Below, piece after piece: positions 1 to 9,333 of a stretch of 64,000 nucleotides of DNA; the stretch's first letter is position 1, and every line of letters begins with the position of its first letter. The stretch is from the NCBI GenBank assembly GCA_031414535.1, contig JANNVQ010000055.1:1-64000 (forward strand), written 5' to 3'. The notes beneath the pieces are model-generated. The model had not been told where the DNA came from, made no database searches, and saw only the letters and a list, made by a program, of their open reading frames with translations. The DNA comes from Gemmatimonas sp. GTDB lineage: Bacteria > Gemmatimonadota > Gemmatimonadetes > Gemmatimonadales > Gemmatimonadaceae. A program made the position numbers and the translations under genes.

Positions 1-132
1 CGGCAAGCCGACGAAGGTCGCGCTCACCGCGTGCATGCGCCGCCTACTCATCATCCTCAACGCCATGGTCCGCAAGCAGGAACGGTGGCAGGCCATCACG
101 CCCACCACCGCTTGACTTCCAACACAGCCTCT
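1..132 (+). mobile_element. Right end of an IS110-family insertion sequence (truncated by window start)
   Basis: Transposase C-terminus followed by CTTGACTTCCAACACAGCCT-CT, resembling IS110-group right ends (TTGAC...CAACACAG...CT core). The junction is followed directly by the tail of the family A repeat. Confidence 0.75.
2..115 (+). CDS. IS110-family transposase/recombinase, C-terminal fragment (partial)
   Basis: Manual translation of frame 2: GKPTKVALTACMRRLLIILNAMVRKQERWQAITPTTA*. This matches the typical IS110 C-terminal 'GKxxKVAxxACMRKLLxILNAMxR..W' motif. Not in the ORF track. Confidence 0.85.
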   Translation, partial: GKPTKVALTACMRRLLIILNAMVRKQERWQAITPTTA

Positions 133-141
133 TCGTGGTGA
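131..141. repeat. Truncated right arm of a family A palindromic element (CT-TCGTGGTGA)
   Basis: Identical to the last 11 nt of the copies ending at 29305, 46110 and 51073; lies 6 bp from the sucB stop, a typical position for this family. Confidence 0.65.
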
Positions 142-147
142 CGCCGT

Positions 148-1359
148 TCAGTCGTCAATCAACATGGATGCCGGATCTTCCATCAGTTCCTTGACCCGAA
201 CGAGGAAGAGCACCGCCTGCTGCCCATCAATGATGCGATGGTCGTAGCTCAGCGCGACGTACATCATGGGGCGGATCTCGACCTTTCCGTCTACTGCCAT
301 GGGCCGCTCTTGAATCTTATGGAGCCCAAGAATCGCGACCTGCGGGTAGTTGATGATCGGCGTGGAGAGCAGTGAGCCGAACACACCGCCATTCGTGATG
401 GTGAACGTGCCGCCGGTGAGATCATCCATCGTCAGCTTGCCATCACGCGCTCGCTTGGCCACCGCACCCATCGCGCGGGAGAAGCCCACCATGCCCATGC
501 GGTCGGCGTCCTTCACGTTCGGTACCACCAAGCCCTGCTCGCTGGCCACGGCAATGCCGAGGTTCACGTAGTGTTTATAGATGACGGAGTCGCCGTCGAG
601 CTGCGCGTTCACCACCGGATACGTCTTGAGCGCGAGCGCGGCGGCCTTCGCGAAGAACGGCATGAAGCTGATCTTCACGCCGTGTTCCTTCTCCACGCGC
701 TCCTTCATCCGCTCACGCACAGCAGACACGGCGCTCATATCAATCTCATTGAACGTCGTGAGATGGGCCGTGGCGTGCTGTGCCTGCAAGAGGTTCTCGG
801 CGATGCGCTTGCGGCGCGTCGTCATCTTCTCGCGGGTCTCGCGCAGGCCTTCGGGGCGGGGCGCAGGAGCGGGCGCGGCCTTCACCGGCGCCGTTGTCGG
901 TGCGGGAGCTGGGACAATGGCCTTGGCTGCGACTGGCGCCGCTGGTGCAGCGCTCGCGGCAATGACATCAGGCTTGGAGATGACGCCGCCGCGGCCCGTG
1001 CCTTGCACCGTGCTCAAGTCTACGCCTGTGGCGGTTGCGAGCTTCTGCGCACTTGGCGCGGCGCGCAACTCTGACGGTGCCGCAGCCGCGGGTGCGGCGG
1101 CGGCTGGCGCCGCGGCGGCCACCGCGCCTTCTTCCAAGTGCCCAAGAGACTCGGCCACTTGTACCACATCGCCCTCGGACTTCAGGCGCTTGCGGAGCAC
1201 GCCGGCATTGAGGGCCGGCACCTCGACGGTGATCTTATCCGTCTCGAGCTCCACGAGCGTGTCGCCAATTGCAATGGCGTCGCCTTCGTTCTTGAGCCAG
1301 CGGGAGACGGTTGCCTCGGTGATCGATTCGCCGAGGGGGGGAACCTTGATCTCGATCAT
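148..1359 (-). CDS. sucB: 2-oxoglutarate dehydrogenase E2, dihydrolipoyllysine-residue succinyltransferase
   Basis: Lipoyl domain ([10 protein letters not shown]), Ala/Pro linkers, E3-binding domain ([13 protein letters not shown]), catalytic SYDHRIIDG. Start placed at MIEIKVP (1359). Confidence 0.92.
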   Translation of the reverse strand: MIEIKVPPLGESITEATVSRWLKNEGDAIAIGDTLVELETDKITVEVPALNAGVLRKRLKSEGDVVQVAESLGHLEEGAVAAAAPAAAAPAAAAPSELRAAPSAQKLATATGVDLSTVQGTGRGGVISKPDVIAASAAPAAPVAAKAIVPAPAPTTAPVKAAPAPAPRPEGLRETREKMTTRRKRIAENLLQAQHATAHLTTFNEIDMSAVSAVRERMKERVEKEHGVKISFMPFFAKAAALALKTYPVVNAQLDGDSVIYKHYVNLGIAVASEQGLVVPNVKDADRMGMVGFSRAMGAVAKRARDGKLTMDDLTGGTFTITNGGVFGSLLSTPIINYPQVAILGLHKIQERPMAVDGKVEIRPMMYVALSYDHRIIDGQQAVLFLVRVKELMEDPASMLIDD

Positions 1360-1385
1360 GCGGGAAATATAGCGAGGGAGTCGTA

Positions 1386-2429
1386 GTGCGAGCACTTACC
1401 ATAGATGCGCACGGCGGGACGGACGTGATTCGGTACCGAGAGGACGTGGCGATGCCCCAACTCTCGGCCCCGGGCCAGGTTCGGGTGCGAGTCAGAGCGG
1501 TCGCCTTGAATCGTCTGGACCTCTGGACCCTCGGCGGCCTGCCGGGCGTGAAAATCACCCCTCCGTGGATCCTCGGCGCCGACGGCATGGGCGTGGTGGA
1601 TGCCATCGAAGGCGTGGCGCCGGGGCTCAAGGTTGGGGACCGCGTGGTGATCAATCCGGGTATCTCCTGCCGTCGCTGTGAGTGGTGCCAGCGTGGCGAG
1701 CATCCGCTGTGCGTGAAGTTCGGTCTCCTCGGTGAGCATCATCCCGGCAGCTTCGCGGAGTATGTGGTGTTGCCCGCGGAGAATGTGCTGCCGATTCCTG
1801 ATTCGGTGCCGGACGAGGTAGCGGCAGCGTTCACGCTTGCCACGTTGACGGCGTGGCGGATGTGCGTGTCGCGCGCGCAGGTGAAGCCAGGCGAGGACGT
1901 GCTCATTTGGGGCATCGGCGGTGGCGTGGCGCAGGCGGCGCTGCGCATTTGCAAGCAGATCGGTGCGCGTGTGTGGGTGACGTCGTCGAGTGCGGAGAAG
2001 TTGGCGCAGGCCGCGGCAATGGGTGCGGACGAATGCATCAACCACGCCACGGAGGATGTGGGCAAGCTCGTGCGGGAGCGCACGAAGAAGCGCGGCGTGG
2101 ATGTGGTCATCGAATCTGTGGGCGAAAAGACTTGGAACGCCTCGCTGCAATCGCTCACTCGTGGCGGGCGCCTGGTGACCTGCGGCGGGACTTCAGGACC
2201 GAAGCTCGAAATCGATGTGCGCCGTCTGTTTTGGTATCAGTGGTCGCTGATGGGCTCCACGATGGGCAACGATGCGGAGTTCGCGGCGGTGACGGCTGAG
2301 CTGTGCGCCGGGCGGCTCTGGCCGCGGGTTGATACGGTGTATCCGTTGGCCGAGGGCCGCGCTGCGTTTGAGCGGATGGCGCGTGGGGAACAGTCGGGCA
2401 AACTCGTGCTGAGAGTCCGCGATGTCTGA
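1386..2429 (+). CDS. Zinc-binding alcohol dehydrogenase / quinone oxidoreductase (MDR family)
   Basis: CxxCxxC structural Zn motif (CRRCEWC...C), GIGGGV Rossmann motif, C-terminal GKLVL. Confidence 0.88.
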   Translation: MRALTIDAHGGTDVIRYREDVAMPQLSAPGQVRVRVRAVALNRLDLWTLGGLPGVKITPPWILGADGMGVVDAIEGVAPGLKVGDRVVINPGISCRRCEWCQRGEHPLCVKFGLLGEHHPGSFAEYVVLPAENVLPIPDSVPDEVAAAFTLATLTAWRMCVSRAQVKPGEDVLIWGIGGGVAQAALRICKQIGARVWVTSSSAEKLAQAAAMGADECINHATEDVGKLVRERTKKRGVDVVIESVGEKTWNASLQSLTRGGRLVTCGGTSGPKLEIDVRRLFWYQWSLMGSTMGNDAEFAAVTAELCAGRLWPRVDTVYPLAEGRAAFERMARGEQSGKLVLRVRDV

Positions 2430-2646
2430 AAAGGCGCAGTACACGGCAGATGAGGAACGCGCCGTGCGTGAGGCTTACCGACGTGACGGTCACGCCGAAT
2501 GTCCGCGTTGCGCCGTGCGAATGCACGAGAAGGCGATTGGTGGCGGGAGCTTCGGGCTCGGCTATGCGCGGCAGCGGGAGTGGCTGTTGTGCGGGCAGTG
2601 CAAGCGCTCGGTGTTGTTCGACTTGAAGCGCGGCACACGCAATTAG
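2422..2646 (+). CDS. Small zinc-ribbon protein
   Basis: 74 aa with CPRC...CGQC pairs; overlaps the upstream stop by 8 bp. Confidence 0.65.
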   Translation: MSEKAQYTADEERAVREAYRRDGHAECPRCAVRMHEKAIGGGSFGLGYARQREWLLCGQCKRSVLFDLKRGTRN

Positions 2647-2671
2647 CATCTCCACGCAATAGATTCCCCTT

Positions 2672-3829
2672 ATGCAAATCCTCCTTCGCGCACTCGTAGC
2701 CGTAACATTCGCCGGCTCCGCATTGTTCGCCCAGCAGGAGCCGCCGCGCCGCCTCGACCTCGGCGACAGCGTACGGGCAGTTGAACCTCGCGACACTGTG
2801 CGCGAGCGCCTTCCCACCTCGCAAGAAATGCGCAACAGGTTTGTGCGCAATCAACTGCTCCTCGGTGCGGTGGCCTACGGACCGTCGTTCGCGGTGATGA
2901 TCAGCACCGAGCCGGCGACGCGTCTTGCCTCGTACTTGCTCATGGCCGGCGGATCGTTCTTCGCGGCGAGTGAAGTGGCAAGGCAATGGGAGATCACGCC
3001 GGCGCGGCAGGTGCTCAGCACACGCATGGCCTGGCGCGAAACGGCCACTGGCCTCGCGCTCGCCAATGCCTGGGAACTGAAAGAAGGCGAGGTAGGAGCG
3101 CTCGCTCTCGTGGGCGGGCTCGCCGGTTCGGCGACGGGCATCTGGCTCGGATCAGGCCTCACGGAGGGCGAGGCCGTCGCCTCGCTCGTCGGTCACGACA
3201 TCGTCGCAGCGTCCGCATATGCGATGACCTGGATGCTGAACCCCGACAGCGATGGCCCGGACGGCATGCGCTGGCAGACTCGCATTGCGGCACCACTGGT
3301 GGCAGGCTGGGCGGGTTATGCCATTGGCCGCTCGTGGGCGGGCAACGCGTCGTACGAGGTCACGGCAGGCGACGCCTCGCTGTTGTGGCTCGGTGCCGCG
3401 ATTGGCTCAGCGGCGGCGGCTACCATTATCGTCGAGTCCAATCCCGATGCTGAAACAGTAGCGGCCTCGCTGCTCGGCGGCGGCTTGCTCGGCGTTTGGG
3501 GAGCCGAGCGATACTTCGTGCGTCGCTTCGATCACTCGCGAGGCGACGCGCTGATGGTGGCGTCGGGCGCGGGCGCTGGCGCCTTGATGGGCATTGGTGT
3601 GGGCGTGTTGGTGTCTGGCGAAGCCGAACGGAACTCCGCGCCGACGATGGCGTTCGGAACCCTAGGTGCAATCGCCGGCGCTTGGCTCACGGAGCGCTAC
3701 GCGCAGCCCGCGCGCGATGAAGGTCGGCGCATGGAAGTCGGCAGTCGCCTGCAGTTGAATCCAGTGGGTGCCGTTGCTGCGTTGACCGGAGCGCCCGGCA
3801 TGCATTCGCTCGTTCGCTTCACGTTCTAG
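2672..3829 (+). CDS. Gly/Ala-rich multi-pass membrane protein with signal peptide, function unknown
   Basis: Signal peptide (ALFA|Q), many glycine-zipper-like hydrophobic helices, terminal Phe. Confidence 0.7.
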   Translation: MQILLRALVAVTFAGSALFAQQEPPRRLDLGDSVRAVEPRDTVRERLPTSQEMRNRFVRNQLLLGAVAYGPSFAVMISTEPATRLASYLLMAGGSFFAASEVARQWEITPARQVLSTRMAWRETATGLALANAWELKEGEVGALALVGGLAGSATGIWLGSGLTEGEAVASLVGHDIVAASAYAMTWMLNPDSDGPDGMRWQTRIAAPLVAGWAGYAIGRSWAGNASYEVTAGDASLLWLGAAIGSAAAATIIVESNPDAETVAASLLGGGLLGVWGAERYFVRRFDHSRGDALMVASGAGAGALMGIGVGVLVSGEAERNSAPTMAFGTLGAIAGAWLTERYAQPARDEGRRMEVGSRLQLNPVGAVAALTGAPGMHSLVRFTF

Positions 3830-3846
3830 CATCCGAGAGCACACAC

Positions 3847-4566
3847 GTGTCGTTTCTTGATCGCCTGCAAGAAAGTCTGTTGACCCTCTGGGAGTACATC
3901 CCGGCGCTCTTCGGCGCTGCGGTGGTACTCACGGCAGGGTACTTCGTGGCGCGACTCGCGCAACGAGCCATGCACCGTTTGCTGCGGCGTGTGCACCTCA
4001 ACGAGGCGCTGCAGAAGGGTGGTGTTGCACCGCCGCTCGACCAGTACGGCGTACCGCTTACGCCTTCGCGCGTGCTCGGCAATGTGGTGTTCTGGTTCAT
4101 CATCTTCACCGCGGTCCTGGTTGCCGCGAATGCGCTGGGCATCGACTACCTCGGCCAGGCCTTCGCTGAGCTCGTGAGTTATGTGCCGAGCGTGATTGCC
4201 GCGGTGGTGATTGTGATTCTTGGTCTTGTGCTCGGCGATCTCGTGGCCGCGCTGATTGCCGCGAGTGCTGGTGCGTTGGCGGGCGCAAGCACGCTGGCGC
4301 GAGTGGGCAAGGGCGGCGTGGTGCTGCTTGCCGTGTTCATGTCACTGCAAGAATTGGGCGTCGCGACGAGCATCGTGACGACGGCGTTCGCGATTATCTT
4401 CGGGGCGATTGCCTTGGCCTTAGCGCTCTCGTTCGGTCTCGGTAATCGCGAACTTGCGGGTGAAGTGACGCGGCGTTGGTACGAAGATTGGCGCACTGAG
4501 CGCGAGGTGATGCGGAAGGCGTCGGAGCAGGCTGAGTCCGAGCAGGCGAGCGCGGATCCGCGCTGA
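3847..4566 (+). CDS. MscS-associated TM-helix repeat protein (CmpX-like)
   Basis: Two repeats of 'Y(I/V)PxxxxAxVxxxxG' TM modules; C-terminal ALALSFGLG. Confidence 0.75.
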   Translation: MSFLDRLQESLLTLWEYIPALFGAAVVLTAGYFVARLAQRAMHRLLRRVHLNEALQKGGVAPPLDQYGVPLTPSRVLGNVVFWFIIFTAVLVAANALGIDYLGQAFAELVSYVPSVIAAVVIVILGLVLGDLVAALIAASAGALAGASTLARVGKGGVVLLAVFMSLQELGVATSIVTTAFAIIFGAIALALALSFGLGNRELAGEVTRRWYEDWRTEREVMRKASEQAESEQASADPR

Positions 4567-4574
4567 ACTGCATT

Positions 4575-4708
4575 TCACCACGGAGACACAGAGGCGCGGA
4601 GACTGCAACTGCAGGAGCCGCCATTTCAGGGGGGCCCGCGCCGAGAAGTCGATGCGGGCCCCCCAATCTTTCTCAAGTAGTCTCCGTGTCTCCGTGCCTC
4701 CGTGGTGA
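4575..4708. repeat. Family A palindromic element, copy 1 (3-unit arms)
   Basis: TCACCACGGAGACACAGAGGCGCGGAGACT ... AGTCTCCGTGTCTCCGTGCCTCCGTGGTGA with inner hairpin GGGGGGCCCGC/GCGGGCCCCCC. Confidence 0.9.
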
Positions 4709-4734
4709 GAGCAGTTTAACCGGCACAAACCCCG

Positions 4735-4763
4735 TTGTTTGCGCCCGCGAAATCGGCTAACTT
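4735..4763 (+). promoter_or_regulatory. Putative sigma70-type promoter for gyrA
   Basis: TTGTTT-17 bp-TAACTT, 46 bp upstream of the ATG. Confidence 0.45.
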
Positions 4764-4809
4764 CAGAGGTCGCTGTACCCTCTAGAAATCGCCCTCAAAT
4801 CGAGCGTCT

Positions 4810-7323
4810 ATGACGGCCCCGAACAACCGTGAACGCATCCTCCCGCGCCTGATTCAAGACGAGGTCAAGGAATCGTTCATCAACTACTCGATGAGCGTCA
4901 TCGTGAGCCGCGCGCTGCCGGACGTGCGCGACGGACTCAAGCCAGTGCACCGGCGCGTGCTCTACGCGATGAACGAACTCGGGTTGGTCCCGGGGCGTGC
5001 GTACAAGAAGTCAGCGACGGTGGTCGGCGACGTGCTCGGTAAGTACCACCCGCACGGCGACCAGTCGGTGTACGACGCGCTCGTGCGCATGGTGCAGGAC
5101 TTCTCGCTGCGCTATCCGCTCGTGGATGGTCAGGGCAACTTCGGCTCGATGGACGGCGATCCGGCGGCGGCGTACCGCTACACGGAATCACGCCTCACGC
5201 GCATCTCAGTGGAGATGCTCGTCGACATCGACAAGAACACGGTCGATTTCGCGCCCAACTTCGACGATCGCCTGGAAGAGCCGACGGTTCTTCCCTCGGC
5301 GTTCCCGAACTTGCTCGTGAACGGTTCGTCCGGCATCGCCGTCGGTATGGCCACGAACATTCCGCCGCATAACCTGCGCGAAGTGGCCGCGGCCATCACG
5401 GCGATGATTGACAATCCCGACATGACGACGGACGAAATCCGTCAGCACGTGAAGGGTCCGGACTTCCCAACCGCGGCGTTCATCTACGGCCGCGCCGGCA
5501 TCAAGGACTACATCGAGACGGGTCGCGGCAAGGTGATTATGCGCGCTCGTGCGGTGATCGAGGAGAAGGAATCCTCGAACAAGTCGCAGATCGTCATCAC
5601 CGAGCTGCCGTACCAGGTGAACCGCGCGAATCTCGTGCTCTCCATCGCCGAACTGGTGCGCGACAAGAAGGTAGAAGGCGTGTCGGACCTGCGCGACGAG
5701 TCGGATGATCAGACGCGCATTGTGATTGAGCTCAAGCGCGATGCGATTCCGAAGGTGGTGCTGAACCAGCTGTACAAGCACACGTCGATGCAGAGCACCT
5801 TCGGCGTCATCATGCTGGCGCTGGTGCCGGACCCCGTGACGCGTCGCCTCGTGCCGAAGATCATGGGCATGCGCGAAGTGCTCGGCCACTACATCGCGCA
5901 CCGCCATGAAGTGATCGTGCGCCGCACGCAGTACGATCTCGACAAGGCCAAGGAGCGCGAACACATCTTGGAAGGCCTCAAGATCTGCGTTGATAACATC
6001 GACGAAGTGATCAAGGTCATCCGCGCGGCCGACGACACGCCGCAGGCCAGTCTTGAATTGCAGCGCCGCTTTAAGCTCTCGGAGCGTCAGGCCGAAGCCG
6101 TGCTCAACATGCGTCTCGCCAAGCTTACCGGTCTTGAGATCGAGAAGCTTGAAGAAGAGCTGGCCGAGGTGCGCGGGCAAATCAAGGATTTGGAGACGCT
6201 GCTCGCCAGCACGGAGTTGCGGCGGAAGGTGATGAAGGATGAGCTGAGCGCACTCGTGGGCACCTTCGGCGACGAGCGTCGCACGGAGATCGTGAGCGAC
6301 GAAGGCGAGTTCTCGATCGAAGACTTGATTGCGAATGAAGAGATGGTGGTCACCATCTCGCACGCCGGCTACATCAAGCGCACCAACATCTCCACGTATC
6401 GCAAGCAGCGGCGTGGCGGCGTGGGCACGAAGGGCACGGAGCTGCGCACGGATGACTTCGTGGAGCACCTCTTCGTGGCGCAGACGCACGACTACCTGCT
6501 CGTGTTCACGCACGACGGACGCTGCTTCTGGCTCAAGGTGCACGAGATCCCTGAGGGCGCACGCGCGACGCGCGGCAAGCCGATCGTGAACTTGATCAAC
6601 GTCTCGCCCGAGACGACGGTGCGGGCGATCGTGCCCGTGAAGAAGTTCTCGGACGACGAGTTCCTGATGTTCTGCACCAAGCACGGCACGGTGAAGAAGA
6701 CGGCGCTTTCTGAGTATTCCAACGTGCGCTCGACGGGCATCAAGGGCATCAAGCTCGATGACGGCGATGAGTTGGTGGACGTGCAGATCACGTCCGGTAC
6801 TTCGGACATCGTGCTCGTGACTCGTCACGGCTTGTCCATCCGCTTCCACGAGCAGGAAGCGCGGCCGATGGGTCGCGACACCACTGGTGTGCGTGGCATT
6901 GCATTGAGCGATGGCGATCGCGTTGTCGGCATGGTGGTGAACAAGCGCAATGCGTCGTTGCTCGTGGTCACCGAGCTCGCGCTGGGCAAGCTGACGAACA
7001 TTGATGAGTATCGTGTGCAGGGCCGCGGTGGTAAGGGCATCCTCACGGTAAAGCGCACTGAGAAGACCGGAGACGTGGTCGGTTTGCTCGAAGTGTTGCC
7101 GGATGACGGGCTCATGCTGATCACGCGTGGCGGGCAGTCGCTGAGGTGCGCGGTGAGTCAGATCCGCGAGACTGGGCGCGTGGCGCAGGGTGTGAAGCTC
7201 AAGGATCTCGAGATGGGCGACGTGGTGGCGGCGATCGCTCGCGTGGTCTCGGATGACAAGGAAGATGTCGTCGAAGGGGACGCTGGCCCCGATGAGCAGA
7301 TTGAATTGAGTGCTGGTGAGTAA
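4810..7323 (+). CDS. gyrA: DNA gyrase subunit A
   Basis: [21 protein letters not shown], catalytic RYTE, GyrA-box QRRGGVG, C-terminal pinwheel repeats, acidic tail. Confidence 0.97.
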   Translation: MTAPNNRERILPRLIQDEVKESFINYSMSVIVSRALPDVRDGLKPVHRRVLYAMNELGLVPGRAYKKSATVVGDVLGKYHPHGDQSVYDALVRMVQDFSLRYPLVDGQGNFGSMDGDPAAAYRYTESRLTRISVEMLVDIDKNTVDFAPNFDDRLEEPTVLPSAFPNLLVNGSSGIAVGMATNIPPHNLREVAAAITAMIDNPDMTTDEIRQHVKGPDFPTAAFIYGRAGIKDYIETGRGKVIMRARAVIEEKESSNKSQIVITELPYQVNRANLVLSIAELVRDKKVEGVSDLRDESDDQTRIVIELKRDAIPKVVLNQLYKHTSMQSTFGVIMLALVPDPVTRRLVPKIMGMREVLGHYIAHRHEVIVRRTQYDLDKAKEREHILEGLKICVDNIDEVIKVIRAADDTPQASLELQRRFKLSERQAEAVLNMRLAKLTGLEIEKLEEELAEVRGQIKDLETLLASTELRRKVMKDELSALVGTFGDERRTEIVSDEGEFSIEDLIANEEMVVTISHAGYIKRTNISTYRKQRRGGVGTKGTELRTDDFVEHLFVAQTHDYLLVFTHDGRCFWLKVHEIPEGARATRGKPIVNLINVSPETTVRAIVPVKKFSDDEFLMFCTKHGTVKKTALSEYSNVRSTGIKGIKLDDGDELVDVQITSGTSDIVLVTRHGLSIRFHEQEARPMGRDTTGVRGIALSDGDRVVGMVVNKRNASLLVVTELALGKLTNIDEYRVQGRGGKGILTVKRTEKTGDVVGLLEVLPDDGLMLITRGGQSLRCAVSQIRETGRVAQGVKLKDLEMGDVVAAIARVVSDDKEDVVEGDAGPDEQIELSAGE

Positions 7324-7336
7324 CTACTAACGGCGG

Positions 7337-7458
7337 TCACCACGGAGGCACGGAGGGAGCCGCAATGAATTCACGGGCCCGCAACGCCAGAGAAGCAATT
7401 GCTTCTTGGAATTGCGGGCCCGTGAGTTTGCAGAGCACCCTCCGTGCCTCTGTGGTGA
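7337..7458. repeat. Family A palindromic element, copy 2
   Basis: TCACCACGGAGGCACGGAGGG ... CCCTCCGTGCCTCTGTGGTGA; inner CACGGGCCCGCAA..GAAGC-AATT-GCTTC..TTGCGGGCCCGTG. Confidence 0.9.
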
Positions 7459-7481
7459 ATTCTGTGGGGTATATTCACGGC

Positions 7482-8048
7482 ATGATGACCTCAATCCGCG
7501 CGTCGCTACTGGCGGCGCTACTAGCTGCGGGCGCCGATGTGGCGCAGGCGCAGGTGAACGCCGAGGCGATGGTGCGCACGTCGCTCCGTACGGCACTTGG
7601 CGAAATGGATGTGGCACGGACGTACCGGATCTACCCCGGCAAGCTGCTCGAGCAGAACGGGATGGATATCACCACTGCGCACGCGGTGCCGCGCTCTCCG
7701 ATTGCCTCGTCGGTGTATCAAGTCACGTTTCGCAATGTGTCTGGACCGCCGGTCTGTACGCGGTTCAAGGTGATGTACGAGGACGACCAGTATCACGATC
7801 CGCAGTTCGTGCAGTCCACGAGTGAGAATCATCTTGTCGCGCCGCGCACGCACGTGAACTTGTTGGCGGTGTGGGGCACGATTGAAGGGCAGACGTTCAA
7901 TACGCCGAAGTGGCGGTTTGGGTATTTCTTCTGGGAACCGGCGCCGGAAGGTGAGAAGCGCTGTGAGGCCACTGCGCCCTCCGACCTAGACGCTTGGATT
8001 GCGAGCAGATACGACACCTACGCCGAGTTTCGGCGCACGAGGCCATAG
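7482..8048 (+). CDS. Secreted hypothetical protein
   Basis: Start moved to ATG 7482 (the upstream part of the track ORF lies in the repeat); signal peptide ending AQA|Q; two Cys. Confidence 0.6.
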   Translation: MMTSIRASLLAALLAAGADVAQAQVNAEAMVRTSLRTALGEMDVARTYRIYPGKLLEQNGMDITTAHAVPRSPIASSVYQVTFRNVSGPPVCTRFKVMYEDDQYHDPQFVQSTSENHLVAPRTHVNLLAVWGTIEGQTFNTPKWRFGYFFWEPAPEGEKRCEATAPSDLDAWIASRYDTYAEFRRTRP

Positions 8049-8049
8049 C

Positions 8050-9228
8050 ATGCAGAAGCATTTCGTTCGCGCGTCGCAGCTTGCTGCGCGCTCGCTTACA
8101 CGCACACTCGCACTCACGATTGTGCTCGCGGCGCCGATTGCAGCCCAGCAACCTCGCGCGGCGCGACCGTTGCCGGCACCGAACGCCGAGCTCGAGGAGC
8201 CGTGGTCGGGTCCGTTGCAGTTGGTGGAGTTGCGCAATGGTGATGTCGTGGTGCACGACTCGCGCGAGAAGCGGCTGGCTGTGGCGAGCTTCACGTCGCA
8301 GGAGCAGCGCGAGTCCTCACGTGAGGGCTCTGGGCCCACGGAGTTCAAGAGCGTGATTGGGATGTGGCGCATCCCTGGCGATTCGGTTCAGATCTTGGAC
8401 TTGATGCAGGGGCGCATGTTGATTCTCGATCCCACGGGCCGCGCGCGTCGCACGGCGCCGTTGCCCGGTGCCGGTGATCCAATGGCGATGATGCGTGCAC
8501 CGATGACGCGCACGCTGGACGCCGCGGGGCGCTGGTACGGTGAGGGCCGCGACATGAAGTTCGAGAACGGCCGCCTCTCGATGGGCGATTCGGTGGTAAT
8601 CGTCCGCACGAACCCTCGCACGCTGCGCGCTGATACCTTGGCGAAGATGGTGAACATCGTGCGGGCGCCGCAGATCTCGCCGCAGGTGATGCGCATTCCG
8701 GTGCCAGGGTATCCCAAGATGGACATCTGGGGCGTGTTTCCCGATGGTCGCGTGATCGTGATGCGTGGCGAAGGCTATGTGCCGGAGATCATCGGCGTGG
8801 ACGGGCGTCGTCGTCGCACGGCGGCGCTGCCGTATCCGCGGTTGCCCGTCACGGCGGCCGACAAGCGCCAGATGATGGACTCGGTGCGGCGCACGCTGGA
8901 CGAGGGTCTCCGCCAGGCGTCGGGAAACATTCCCGCTGGCACGCAGATGCCGCGCTTTGACCTCACCGAGCCTGAGCCGTGGCAGACGGAGAAGCCGCCG
9001 TTCACCGGCGACCGGTTGTTGATTGATCCGAAGGGACGCGCGTGGGTGCCGGTGGTGGATCGCACGCCCGGGCAGCGCTATGACCTCGTGGACAGCAACG
9101 GCGCCGTGGTGGACGCCATCAAGATGCCGAACCGCGTGTTCGTGCTGGGCTTTGGCGCGAACTCGATCTACACGGCGCTGCGGGATGAGGATGATTTGCT
9201 GACCATTCGTCGGCATCCGCTGCCGTAG
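8050..9228 (+). CDS. Secreted 6-bladed beta-propeller-like protein (paralog 1)
   Basis: Signal peptide; REGSGPTEF motif; C-terminal 'VLGFGANSIYT..RDEDDL'. Confidence 0.75.
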   Translation: MQKHFVRASQLAARSLTRTLALTIVLAAPIAAQQPRAARPLPAPNAELEEPWSGPLQLVELRNGDVVVHDSREKRLAVASFTSQEQRESSREGSGPTEFKSVIGMWRIPGDSVQILDLMQGRMLILDPTGRARRTAPLPGAGDPMAMMRAPMTRTLDAAGRWYGEGRDMKFENGRLSMGDSVVIVRTNPRTLRADTLAKMVNIVRAPQISPQVMRIPVPGYPKMDIWGVFPDGRVIVMRGEGYVPEIIGVDGRRRRTAALPYPRLPVTAADKRQMMDSVRRTLDEGLRQASGNIPAGTQMPRFDLTEPEPWQTEKPPFTGDRLLIDPKGRAWVPVVDRTPGQRYDLVDSNGAVVDAIKMPNRVFVLGFGANSIYTALRDEDDLLTIRRHPLP

Positions 9229-9333
9229 ACGGGGAAACCTTTCAGGCGTCCGGCGGTGACAGATTCTATGTACCGTCGGTTGCCTGTCTTCTGCCGTCTG
9301 CCATTGCGCACTACACAATTCTCCGGACTTGAT

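Noticed and set aside
5206..6849. 547-aa antisense ORF in gyrA (also 9421-11211, 13236-14717, 43393-44514 and similar)
   Set aside because: Shadow ORFs expected from high-GC codon bias opposite real genes; no recognisable motifs.
7365..7481. N-terminal extension of ORF 7365-8048
   Set aside because: It runs through family A copy 2; a signal peptide and -10 box support ATG 7482.
9229..9305. Degenerate heptamer-like run (CTTCTGC-CGTCTGC) after the 9228 stop
   Set aside because: Too degenerate and without a clear inverted arm, so not assigned to family B.
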